A program made the translations under genes and the position numbers. From Catajapyx aquilonaris (Eukaryota), in the NCBI GenBank assembly GCA_000934665.2, contig JYFJ02004325.1:1-32947 (forward strand): a stretch of 32,947 bases of DNA, read 5' to 3'. Positions 20,561 to 32,378 of the stretch are shown one piece after another (the first letter of the stretch is position 1; each line of letters starts with the position of its first letter). The notes below the pieces were generated by a model. The model saw only the letters and a list, made by a program, of their open reading frames with translations, did not search any database and was not told where the DNA came from.

Positions 20561-21973
20561 TAAAGTAGTAATATTCCTAAAACATCTGTGCATCCATGCC
20601 CGTGCATCATTGCGGAATAAAACAAGGGCATCCATGTAGCTCTGAACCCTGAAAGAAATAAGGGGTGAATAAATTTGACTAATAGTAGTCCATTAGTACA
20701 ATATCAGATGTAATAATATTATAAGGTGGAGAGGTGTTTCTATTACCACTGTAATATTATTGAGGTGTAAATGAACAACATTATTTCTTACCTGTAGATG
20801 TAGAGGAAGACGTTTATGACATAGTAGTAGAGCGAGAAGACAGCATAATATATGTACGGAGGGCTCCATGGTCCTTCAGGGGCAAATACAAAGATAAGGA
20901 AAACAGGAAGTGTAGTGCTGGTGTAGGAAGCTCCCAACAAGGTGAGGAGAATGGCCATCTTCTTTTCTCTTTCCTTCAGCTCCTGAAGGGTGCTCTTCCC
21001 CACTTCTCTGCAAATACAGAGACATTTTTAACGTTCTTAGTTTGGTCAAGGTTTGCTCACATTCTTACTTGACACATACGTACTTGAAACGTTTAAATCG
21101 AGACCAATTTTGACGAAGTTGGATCCAGATGAGAAGGAGGCAGACCTGAACTATTATCCATGGAAGTGCTATAACAATACCGTATGCTATTTGCTGGTCA
21201 TCGTAGCTCAACATACTGCACATACCCTGCTGCCTGCTGTATCCAAATTCGGAATAAACCTGTTTGCATTAAATATAAACAATGTCTTATTAGGTCGTCG
21301 GATGAGGGCAATGTTTCTCACCCAGGCCGATATGGGCACCGCAGCAGACACGACCCAGACCACAACAACGGCAGGTATGCTCCCATATGGCTCGAAAGTG
21401 ACCGAAGCTGCTGCAGGCCACCACAGTGCCAATGTCCTGTGGACATGAGGACATGATACTACTATAGGGGTATTTTTAAAAGACCTCGTTAGGTTACTGT
21501 CCTTACCTACTAAGTGTAGCTGCTGCTAATGAAGTGGGTGATGCCACTCCTAGGTAATATCCGATGAAAGCGACTGCGTAGCAGAACCTGGCTCCAAATA
21601 TCCACTTATGATATAAGTACGTCAATGCTGCGATTGGAAAAGTGAAGATGCACATGAGACAGTCCGCCAGGCTCAGGCTCAGGAGCAAGACCGTGGTAGG
21701 GCTCTTGAGGGGACTTCGAGGATCTGTTGTCCTCCACCTGGCGTAGGGCAATGTCACAAGCACCAGTAAGTTTCCGAATCCACCAACTACACTCAGGAGG
21801 AACCAGTATGTTGCTGCGAGTAGGTTGAATAAGTATGGGCGATCGGGGTAGCAGCAGGATGGAGCGTCTTCTTTGGTGAGGCAGACTAGGGATGTCTCCT
21901 GGTCATCCCTCGAACAAAAGGACGACATATTGAATTGACCGGTGTAAGTGTTGGCCTGCTCTGAACCAGCCAT
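20525..21973 (-). CDS. G9: intact GPCR (365 aa), recent duplicate of G4; exons 21973-21507, 21436-21322, 21259-21084, 21007-20792, 20648-20525
   Basis: 1098-nt open frame; last ~10 codons and the stop come from the G8 exon-1 remnant read in another frame. Confidence 0.85.
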
Positions 21974-22192
21974 TGCAAGAGACTAGATGGGTAGAGTGCT
22001 GTATTGTCCTGTGAATACGTGTGAGGGATTTAACTCAAGTGACGGCCAGATGTGACTTGACGTGGCGGAATATATTCTGGAGCGATATCAGTAGGACATT
22101 GCACGCATATGTCAGAAAACAATGGATCAAGCCCCATCACACTATGACAGGAACCAAGCTGCCTATTAACATATATTATTCGATGGTTAAAT

Positions 22193-22271
22193 TGAAGCAC
22201 CCAGTATGGAAACACCCCAACTCCATGCCCCAGAGAGTTGGAGTTGGGGTGTTTCCATAATGGGTGCTTCA
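22193..22271. repeat. 79-nt hairpin (33-bp stem, one mismatch, 13-nt loop), probably a minimal MITE
   Basis: tgaagcacccagtatggaaacaccccaactcca ... tggagttggggtgtttccataatgggtgcttca; absent from the duplicate region at ~12690-12720. Confidence 0.85.
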
Positions 22272-22664
22272 GTTATATAATAAGCCAAATGGGAAGTTCA
22301 TAATATTATTAAGGGAGTTTTGAAAGTTTGTATTAATATTATTCCAACCTAATTCTTCTGCCTCATCCGTTGTTGCTTCGTGATACTTTTGCTTGAATTT
22401 CAGACTGCTAGATCCCGTGGTTTAGAACCTAGCCATCGTCATAGTCGGAGATGATGTGCCAACCATCTGTTGAAAGACAAGACACTTGAGATGACTATTT
22501 TTAGAGAAGAAACGCGACGAATAGGAACAACTGCTTTATTACAATGTGTTATTGAACGCTGCAATTACAACCTTCTTGCTGTCCTGACAGTTCGAAACAC
22601 CGTACTGTTTTAAGGGTCGAAATAGGATGCAAAGGTAGAATTTGCACTCCAAAATGAACCGCCT

Positions 22665-23130
22665 ACTACAATACTAGAATATTGCTTAAGAATTCCTCCA
22701 CAACAAGTCACACCTGGTCATCTCTCGAGCAGAAGGAAGACTTGTTGAACTCGGTCGTGTAAGTGTTGGCCTGCTCTGGACCAGCCATTGCGAGAGACTA
22801 GATGGGTGAAGTGATGGATTGTCGTGCGAACAATGTGGTTGATTACCCTCGAGCGATGGCCGGACCGTGTGACTTGTTGTGGAGGAATTCTTAAGCGCTC
22901 AGTAGTATAATGCATTGTGAGTTGATATGGCAAAGAAAAACAATGGGGCATTAACCTTCCCACCCTGACATGAAGCAAACAGCTTTCTGACCTTTGTGAG
23001 GGTCATTTGTGTATAATAAGCCGCAATCATTGAACACTTTCATGTCAAGCAAATATTATTGTGCAGTCGGGTGCGTCGACTCCGCTAACCGAGTCGTGAT
23101 TGGCCACCTCAGACGAGCTAATGAAAACTT
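22665..23130 (-). pseudogene. GPCR stub (ATG 22788, MAGPEQANTYTTEFNKSSFCSRDDQV*) ending in an inverted copy of its own leader
   Basis: Exon 1 homology 22788-~22714; 22684-22713 is the exact reverse complement of 22867-22896. Confidence 0.85.
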
Positions 23131-23515
23131 TGGCTTGTTGCTTTCATATTTACTACACAGTTGTTCATATAAGGGCAGTGTAAATGCATATCTCTATACT
23201 TATAAACGGGAAAGTTTGTTGGTGTATCTATGTGTTTGTCCGGGATACCTAACCCACTTCAGACTACTGCAAGTGCTGAAACCTAAGATGTCTCCTGGCC
23301 GTCTCTTGCTCAGGTGGGGGAAGGATTTCGCCTTGTTAGTGACTTTTGAGAAAAGGTCACCAGACGTCCTCCCATACGCCAAAAGAAAAATGCACAAATA
23401 TTTTTAGACAGTATGAATGACTGCTTTATTGCAACTCATTGTTGATTGTAGCCTTGTTGTCAATGTCAAGTCACAGGCCGTTTTACTTACAGTATTATAT
23501 TATATAATAATAATA

Positions 23516-24954
23516 TTATTGAATCTCGCTGCCACGGGAAACAGCAACCTTCCTAAAAACCCTGTGAATCCATGTCCGTGCATCGTTGCAGAACAAAACA
23601 AGGGCATCCATGTAGCTCTGGACCCTGAAAGAAAGGAGTGAATAAGATAGGAAGCCTTTGACTAGCACTTCAGTATTAGTTTTTTGCACAATGAGTCATG
23701 ACATGGAGAAGCCTTTTAACTGTAATACTGTCTAGGTAGAAATGGAGAAACTGGTAAATATGTTACACACACTTACCTGTAGATGTAAAGAAAGACGTTG
23801 ATGGCATAGTAGTAGAGCGTGAAGAAAGTGTAGTATAAGTATGGAGGGCTCCATGGTCCTTCAGGGGTAAATACGTATATGATGAAAATCGGAAGTGTAG
23901 TGCTGGTGTAGGCACCTCCCAACAATGTGAGGAGAATGGCCATCTTCTTCTCTCTTTCCTTCAGCTCCTTTAGGGTGCTCTCCCCCATTTCTCTGTAGAT
24001 ATTGGGACATTTTTTGAAGTTTTTGGATTGGTCAACGTCTAGTCACACACTTACTTGAAATGTTTAAATTGCGACCAATTTTGTCGTAGTTTGATCCAGA
24101 TGAGAAGGAGGCAGACCTGAACTATTATCCATGGAAGTACGATAACAATACCGTATGCTGGTAGCTGGGCTGCGTAACTCATGATACCGCACATACCCTG
24201 CTTCCTGCTATATCCCATTTCGGAATAAACCTATTTGCAATAAATGTAATGTCTTATTAGATAGTTGGATGAGACGTGCGGTACCTATACTCACACTGGC
24301 CGATATGGGCACCGCAGCAGACACGACCCAGATCACAACGACGACAGGTATGCCCCCATATGGCTCGAAAGTGACAGCAGATGCTGCAGGCCACCACAAT
24401 AACACTGTCCTGTGGACATGAAGACGTGATGAAATACCATGGAAGTTGTCTTCCATGAGGTCACTCTGGGAACAAACACATCCATACCTGCTAAGTGTAG
24501 CTGCTGCTAATGAAGTGGGTGAGGCCACTCCTAGGTAATGGGCAATAAAAGAGGATATGTAGCAGAACCTGGCTCCTAGTATCCACTTTTGGTACAACAA
24601 CGCCAAAGCGATGACCGGAAAGTCGGTGAAGCAGAAGAGACAGTCCGCCAGACTCAGGCTGAGAAGGAGCAAGGTTGTTGGGGTCTTGAGTGGGCTTAGA
24701 TGGTCTGTGGTCCTCCTCCTGGCGTATGGAATGGCCACAAGCACCAGCAAGTTGCTGAATCCTCCAACCACACTTAGGAGGAACCAGTATGTTCCTGCGA
24801 TGATGTTGAAGTAATATGGGTGATTCGGGTAACAGCACGATGGAGCATCCTGTTGGGTCAGGCAGACTAGAGATGTCTCCTGGTCGTCTCTAGAGCAAAA
24901 GGACGACATGTTGTACTTGGCGATAGAAGTGTTGGAGTGCTCTGAACCAGCCAT
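23516..24954 (-). CDS. G10: intact GPCR (360 aa); exons 24954-24488, 24409-24295, 24230-24055, 23992-23777, 23624-23516
   Basis: 1083-nt open frame with canonical splice sites; intron 1 is 78 nt and stop-free, explaining the 300-aa ORF in the track. Confidence 0.9.
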
Positions 24955-25386
24955 TGCAAGAGACTGGATGGGTAGAGCGATGAATTGTGTTGTGACTGGA
25001 TGTGGAGGAATATTATGGAGCCACATATCAATAGGATATTGTGTGTATATCTCACTGTGCAGTGTGCAATAACTCTTTGCATTGTGGACTATGCAATATC
25101 TCAGTTTCACATGTGGTTAACATTGATCTTTCTTCCCTCGAGGTTTTCACATGTCATGAAACAATGGGACAGGAGCCATCACGCCCTGACATGAACCCAT
25201 CAGCCTTCTAGTATATTCGACGGTTCTATGTATGTGTAATGTAGGTAATGATCAGTATTGCTCAATATTGAACCACTTCATGTTAATTTGGTAGAGTTTA
25301 TGGTGAAACCACATTTTGTAATGTTGCCAGATAAAAGGAGGCTACCAATAAATTTTAAAATGGAGATTCGCTTCCTTGTCGCTTAC

Positions 25387-26370
25387 TTGAAACGTTTAAA
25401 TTGGGACCAATTTTGACGTAGTTTGATCCAAATGAGCAGGAGGCAGATCTGAACTATGATCCATGGAAGTACTATGGCAATCACATACGAATCGTATGCT
25501 GTTTTCTGGCCAGCGTCACTCAACATACTCCAGAAACCCAGCTGCCTGCTATATCCAAGTTCGGAATGGACCTATTTGCATTTAATATGAATAATGGGTT
25601 ATTAAATCATCTGATGAGATATGTGGCACGGTTACTCACACTGGACGATATGGGCACCGCAGCAGACACTACCCAGATCACAACGACGACAGGAATGCTT
25701 CCATATGGCTCGAAAATGACATCAGCTCCTGCAGGCCACCAGAGTGACATTGTTCTGTGGATATGAAGATATGATGCTATTTTTTATACAGTATATCAGT
25801 GGTCGGCCATGAGGAAGCCACGCTGGCATAGAACACACCCAATACACATACTGTATGACAAACCAGCGAGCATCTTCATGACTAAGATACTGTCCTTACC
25901 TACTAAGTGTAGCTGCTGCTAAGGAATAGGTTGAGGCCACTCCTAGCTAGGTAATAGATGATGAAAGCGAATACGTAGCAGAACCTGACTCCTAGTATCC
26001 ACTTTTGGTATAAGGACGTCAATGCTGTGACGGGAAAGAAGATGAAGCAGAAGAGTCCATCAGCCATACTCAGGCTTAGCAGGAGAAGGGTTGTTGGGGT
26101 CTTGAGTGGGCTTTGATGGTCAGTTGTCCTCCTCCTGGCGTATGGAATGGCCACCAGCACCAGCAAGTTGCCAAATCCTCCAACCACACTCAGGAGGAGC
26201 CAGTATGTCGCTGCGATGATGTTGAAGTAGTATGGGTGATCCGGGAAGCAGCAGGAAGGAGCATCCTCTCGGGTCAAGAAGACTAGAGTTGTCTCATGGT
26301 CATCTCTTGTGCAGAAGGAAGACATGTTGAACTCGGCGATAAAAGTGTTGGCCTCCCCTGTACCAGCCAT
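25387..26370 (-). pseudogene. G11: truncated GPCR pseudogene; exons 26370-25900, 25754-25640, 25571-25387; exons 4-5 absent
   Basis: 4-nt CTAG duplication at ~25943-25950 shifts TM3; ECL2 Cys codon changed to TGG; sequence runs into the G10 upstream region after the exon-3 donor. Confidence 0.88.
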
Positions 26371-27087
26371 TGCAAAAGACTAGAGATGGATAGAGAGTTG
26401 GATTGTGTTATGATGACATTTATAGGGTATACCTCAGGTGATGGCCAGGTGTGATTTGATGTGGAGAGACATATCAGTAAGATCATGTGCGAATAATATG
26501 GCAGAAAACAATGGGGTAGCGTAACAACTTGACATAAACCAATCAGCCTGTTGTCATAGGTCATTGGCGATGGTTACATAATAACTAACAATCCAGATAT
26601 GTGTAACTTCACCTAAGGTGTGTTTTGAAAGTTTGTAAGTTATCTTCATTAAATCTTCTTAGTTCTTTTATGTGTGCCATATCCGTAGTTGCATTGTGAG
26701 CCTTCCTAGATTGGGACCCGAGCTAACGTCATATTGTCAGTGATGGTATGTCACCCCTGTTCTGCAAGAGGAGACTAAAGAGATGTCAGCAATGAACAGA
26801 TGTGTACAAATCCAACGAGCCAGCAGGGAGTTACGTAATAGAAAAATACAATAAGCAGAATGGGCAGTAACGGATTCTAATTTTTCGCAGCTAAACTTCC
26901 GGTCCTATTATTTTGTGTTAATGTTGAGTAATAGGTCGGCCAACACTCGTATCCACGAACGTAGAACATGGAACATCCAATCAGTAAAGAACATTAACCC
27001 CTTCGCTACCCGCTAGGCCAAAAACGCCTACATTTTAGCCCCCTTAACCTAGATGTAAACAGGAATAGACATTGGCCATTTTAATTC

Positions 27088-27296
27088 CCGCTTACTGGGA
27101 GGCCGGGGTTCAAATCCCGTCCCCGTCACCTCTGCTTGGCCGGGTCTTTGAACCGCTTTACACCCGACATTCCGGGGGAGAATTGCACTCCCTACTCTGA
27201 CCAGGGCCAGGAGAAAAGGCCTGGTATTTAAATGTCAGAAATGACTATCGCGCAGCGCCCTCCCTTGGGAACCTCCCCTTCCACCCTAAGAGGGGC
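27088..27296 (+). mobile_element. SINE family A copy lacking the A-box
   Basis: B-box GGTTCAAATCCC at 27107-27118 and shared body; interrupts a block that is uninterrupted at ~32045-32195. Confidence 0.8.
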
Positions 27297-27785
27297 CTCG
27301 AGCCCTCTCACGTGGTATCAAAATAATAATAATTTCCGCTTACTTAACAGTAACATACGAGTAATATCCGTTACGGAATCCTGTTGGGCAGGTACACTGA
27401 CCCTGGTGACAAACACGGCAATGAACCCGTGCTCTATTTCCGTAAACAAGCCTCACAATAAGCCATTACTGCAAGGCCTATAATTATTAGACCTTGCACT
27501 GTCGGGGTAATTGGCTTATTGTGATCGATAACTACTTCAATGTAATAACAATAACAATGATTAATTCCAGTGTACCTACAGGATTTTTCTCACTAGAGAG
27601 TCTGCTCATCGCCATCGGGAGAATGGTGAGAATGACCCCCCCCAGATGACCATCCAGCTGATCACTCCTCCGGTGGCGACTATTTTTAAACAAGAAATGT
27701 AAAGAGTATGAATGAATACTTTATTGCAACGGATTGTTGAAGACTGTCATTTGTAGTCTTGTTGTATGGTCACATGCCGTTTCAC

Positions 27786-29156
27786 TTATGGAAGCTCGTT
27801 TCCACGGGAAACAGTAACCTTCCTAAAAACCATGAGAATCCAGTTGCGTGCGTCTTTGCAGAACAAAACAACGGCATCCATGTAGCTCTGGACCCTGAAA
27901 AAAATAAGGGAGCCTTTGACTGATCATATTGTTGAGGTAGAAATGGAGAAACCTTCAGTTACACACAAAAGGTCTTACCTGTAAATATAAAGGAAGACAT
28001 TCACGACATAGTAGTAGAGCGTGAAGAAAGTGTAGTATATGTACGGAGGACTCCAAGCTCCATCAGGAGCAAATACTAAGATGATTGAAACCGGAAGTGT
28101 AGTGCTGGTGTAAGTAGCTCCCAACAATGTGAGGAGAATGGCCATCTTCTTCTCTCTTTTCTTCAGTTCCTGAAGGGTGCTCTTCCCCATTTCTCTGCAA
28201 ATATTGGAACATTTTAAAAAGTTCTTATAGTTTTGTCAATGAGTGTCACACACTTACTTGAAACGTTTAAATTGAGACCAATTTTGACGTAGTTTGATCC
28301 AAATGAGAAGGAGGCAGACCTGAACTGTGATCCATGGAAGTGCTATAACAACCCCGAATGCTGCTTGCTGATCAATTTGACTAAACATACCGCAGATACC
28401 TTCCCTCCTGCTATATCCAAGTTCGGAATAAACCTATTTGCATCAAACAATGTGTTATTATGTCACCGAATGAGACATGCAGTCGGCAACGGTACTCACA
28501 TTGGCCCATATGGGAATCGCAGTAGACACGACCCATACCACAACGACGACAGGGATGCTCCCATATCGCTCGAAAGTGACATCAGCTACTGAAGGCCACC
28601 AGAGTAACATGGTCCTATATGGATCATGAAGAGATCATACTATCACTAAGGCTCTTTCTTCATGAACCTCACTAGGTTACTGGCCTTACCTGCTAAGTGT
28701 AGCTGCTCCTAATGAAGTGGGTGAGGCCACTGCTAGGTAATAGACGATGAAAGCGAATATGTAGCAGAACTTGGCTCCAAATATCCATTTCTGATGTAAG
28801 TAGGTTACTGCTGCGATTGGAAAGAAGAAGAAGCAGAAGATGCAGTCTGCCAGACTCAGGTTCAGGAGCAACACCGTGGTGGAGCTGTGGAGAGGACTTT
28901 GAGGATCCGTTGTCCTCCTCCTGGCGTAAGGAATGGCCACAAGCACTATCAAGTTGCCGAATCCTCCAACCACACTCAGTAGGATCCAGAATGTTGCTGC
29001 GATGATGTTGAAGAAGTATGGGCGATCCGTGGAACAGCAGTAAGGAGGATCCTGATGGGTCAAGCAGACTAGAGATGTCTCGTGGTCATCTCTAGAGCAG
29101 AAGGAAGACAGGTTGAACTCTGGGATAGTAGTGTTGACCTGCACTGAACCAGCCAT
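27786..29156 (-). CDS. G12: intact GPCR (360 aa); exons 29156-28690, 28614-28500, 28433-28258, 28194-27979, 27894-27786
   Basis: 1083-nt open frame; all family motifs and splice sites present. Confidence 0.9.
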
Positions 29157-29351
29157 TGCAAGAGACTGCAGATGGATAGAGAGTTGGATTGTGTTGTGAC
29201 GACATTGAGGAAGTTTATTTCACTTGATGGCCAGGTGTGATATGATGTGGAGGACTTCTGGAGCAATAATATCAATAGGGTACTAATTCCATTACATGTC
29301 AGCAGACAATGGGACAGGAGCCATCACAGCCTGGCAGAAACCAAGCAACCT

Positions 29352-29380
29352 ACTGACATAAGCGAAGGTTAAGTTATATA
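29352..29380 (-). promoter_or_regulatory. Candidate core promoter of G12: TATATAA followed by TCAGT initiator
   Basis: Minus-strand TATATAA (29380-29374) lies 26 nt before the A of TCAGT (29356-29352), the arthropod Inr consensus; related TCAGT/TCAGA/TTAGT words occur at the homologous position upstream of several paralogs. Confidence 0.4.
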
Positions 29381-30309
29381 ATCAGGGTCGATGGGCCCGG
29401 GGCTTAATTATTGTACTGTAAGTATAATGCCCAGGCTCTGACATTGAAATCGATGAATTTTATGCACCACAAATAGACAAGATACCTTGGTTTTTCTTGT
29501 CTTAATCACGAAACGATTATAAATAACACGATTGGCCAGAGGCCGAAGTGAAAATGTTGGAACCACCGATGGTTTAAAATCCAAATTGGATTGAAATTTG
29601 ATTCTCCAAAAATATTATCAAATAGGCTTCATCTCGCAAGGCCATCAAATATTGACACTTGTTTGCTCTACGATACAAATGGCGAATTATAGCGAATGTA
29701 GCCATTTTGAGAAATGTTGCACGTATTTAAAGACGGTCTCCAATAATTACATTTTGCATGAATGTTTTGGATTTTTTATTCGTTAGATATTTGCTGTCAA
29801 ACACAGGGTCCATTAAAAAAATCATAATAGTACAGGAGTCAAATTCGGAGGCTGCTTTAGCGAAAATCAAACTTCGCAAATTAAGGAGAAATCATATTGG
29901 CAAATCACGTGAGCGTGATTAGAATAGACTTTTTCTCATTCTTTCAAGTAGACTTGTGAGGACATAGTGAACCCGGAAAACCGGAAGTGGCGGGGTTACC
30001 GGAAATTGACCATGACACCTATTTTTGGTGACTCTTAATTCGAATATGAAGGCCGCTTTTCCGCGCTATCTTTTGAGGTTGAGGCCCTGATACCTGTCCA
30101 CAAACGGACAGACATAGCTGTTAATTGAAACTTTTTTTTTCCAGGACGAGAAAAAGTCAGAAACTTCCAGTAGGCTATTAGAGAAGAAATTTGAAGATAA
30201 ATAATAATCTCTGCTTTATGACGACTTGTTATCACGTTGGTCTTTGTGTCTTTGAAGATAACATTCTTGTTGTTCTGACACTTAGAAACATCACACTGTT
30301 TCAGTGAGG

Positions 30310-31756
30310 TTAAACCGCGACCTTCCTAAAAGCCCTTTGCATCCATGTCCGTGCATCTTTGCAGAACAAAACAAGGGCATCCATGTAGCTCTGGACCCTG
30401 TCGAAAGAAAGGAATGAATAGATGGACGTTTTTGACTGATTTCACTTCATCAGTAGGCCTACATATAAAGTAAGCCTACGTCATGAAACGGAGAGGTTTT
30501 CTCACAGTAATGTTATTGATATAGAAATTGGTAATATTGTTACACAAGACGTTTTACCTGTAGATATAAATGAACACGTTAATGGCGAAGTAGTAGAGCG
30601 TGATGAATGTATAGTATATGTACGGAGGACTCCAAGGTCCTTCAGAGGTAAACATGTAGATGAGGAAAACCGGAAGTGTAGTGCTGGTGTAGGTAGCTCC
30701 CAGCAATGTGAGGAGAATGGCCATCCTCATTTCTTTTTTCTTCAGCTCCTGAAGGGTGTTGTCGCCCACATCTCTGCAATTACAGGGACATTGTTTTAAA
30801 AATTCATGGTTTTGTCAACATGTAGTCAGCACATACATACTTGAAACGTTTAAATTGTGACCAATTTTGACGAAGTTTGATCCAGATGAGCAGGAGACAG
30901 ATCTGAACTATGATCCATGGAAGTACTACTGCAATTCCGATTGATATTAGCTGATCGACGTTACTCATGATGGCGCAAAAACCCTGCTTCCGGCTATATC
31001 CTAGTTCATAATGAATCTGTGTGTTTTAATATAATTAATGCCTCATGATGTAGTCGGATAATTAATTTTTATGGCATCGACACTCACACTGGCCGATATG
31101 GGAACCGCACTAGACACAACCCAAACCACAGCGACGGCAGGTATGCTCCCAAATGGCTCGAAAATGACAGCAGCCCCTGCAGGCCACCAGAGTGACATTG
31201 TCCTGTAGACATGAAGAGAATGACGATGATACAATACCCTAATAGGGGTATTCTTCATGACCTCTAAAACCTGATAAGGTTACTGCCTTTACCTACTAAG
31301 TGTAGCTGCTGCTAATGAAGTGGGTGAGGCCACTCCTAAGTAATAGGAGATGAAAGCGTATATGTAGCAGAACCTAGCTCCTAGTATCCACTGATGATAT
31401 AAGTACGTCAATGCTGTGGCTGGAAAGAAGATGAAGCAGAAGAGACAGTCCGCCAGACTCAGGCTTAGGAGCAAGACCGTGGTGCAACTCTTCAGGGGAC
31501 TTCGAGGATCTGTTGTCCTCCACCTGGCATAGGGCAATGCCACCAGCACCAGCAAGTTGCTCAATCCTCCAACCACACTCAGAAGAAGCCAGTATGTTCC
31601 TGCTATCACTGGGAAGTATATAGGATAGTCCGGGAAGCAGCAGGAAGGAGCATCCTGATGGGTCAAGCAGACTAGAGATGTCTCCTGGTCGTCTCTTGTG
31701 CAGAAGGACATGTTGAACTCAGCGGTGTAAGTGTTGACCTGCTCTGAACCAGCCAT
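30310..31756 (-). CDS. G13: intact GPCR (352 aa); exons 31756-31293, 31202-31088, 31016-30841, 30773-30558, 30397-30310
   Basis: 1059-nt open frame; tail ends ...QRAFRKVAV*, a few residues shorter than paralogs. Confidence 0.9.
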
Positions 31757-32262
31757 AGGAAGAGACTAGATATCGGAGTAATGGATTGTCGTGCGAATAC
31801 GTGTGGGGGATTTTCCCTAATGTAATGGCCAGGTGTGACTTGATGTGGAGGAGTGTGGAGCGATAATATCAGTAGGATACGGTTCGTTTAATATGTCAGA
31901 AAACAATGGGACAGGAACCATACAGACTAGTTACATGTGTGAGGATTATGTCATATGTGTCGAAACCATATTTCGTAACGCTACCAGAAGGAACGGGACT
32001 ATCACAAAACATTTGTAAAAGGAAGCTTTCCCCCTTCTCTTACAAGTAAACAGGAGTAGATATGGGCCATTTTTATTCCCGTTCACTCAACAGCAACATA
32101 GCTGTTACGGAATCCTGTTGAGCAGGTGTATACACTGACCCAAGAGATAAACCGGGCAATGAACACGTGCTCTATTTCTGTACGCTTGTCTCACAGTGAG
32201 CTACAACAACGACTTACAATTTAATAGGAATCAATTCTTTATTTTTAACAAAAGACATTATA

Positions 32263-32378
32263 TCCTCCTGAGACCTGATGTCCAATATATTGGACATCAG
32301 AAAAAAAAACGTCAACTGAAATTGAAGCCATTTTTTTTTACTGATGTCCAATATATTGGACACCAGGTCTCAGGAGGA
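32263..32378. mobile_element. 116-bp palindromic MITE, piggyBac-like ends
   Basis: 38-bp TIR TCCTCCTGAGACCTG(A/G)TGTCCAATATATTGGACATCAG, TATA on both flanks; each arm contains its own 26-bp palindrome. Confidence 0.75.

Larger units (their letters stand above)
10220..23937. repeat. Segmental duplication: ~10220-11625 vs ~20574-21990; ~12470-12828 vs ~21955-22407; ~12826-14011 vs ~22757-23937
   Basis: Colinear near-identical introns and intergenic blocks (e.g. ttgttcatataagggcagtgtaaatgcatatctctatac at ~13234 and ~23161). Boundaries approximate. Confidence 0.85.

Noticed and set aside
24955..25110. N-terminal extension of the 300-aa ORF (MKLRYC...)
   Set aside because: All paralogs start at the MAGS/MRGS ATG; the extension is not open or conserved in other copies. 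The same applies to 17086-17187 for G7.
30435..30456. Hammerhead-like CTGATGA...GAAA on the minus strand in G13 intron 4
   Set aside because: Only 3 nt between the core motifs, so no stem II; not conserved in paralogous introns.
274..31756. One giant gene with mutually exclusive exon cassettes (Dscam-like)
   Set aside because: Each unit repeats the full exon 1-5 order with its own ATG, upstream block and stop, indicating separate tandem genes; occasional inter-gene splicing cannot be excluded because phases are shared.
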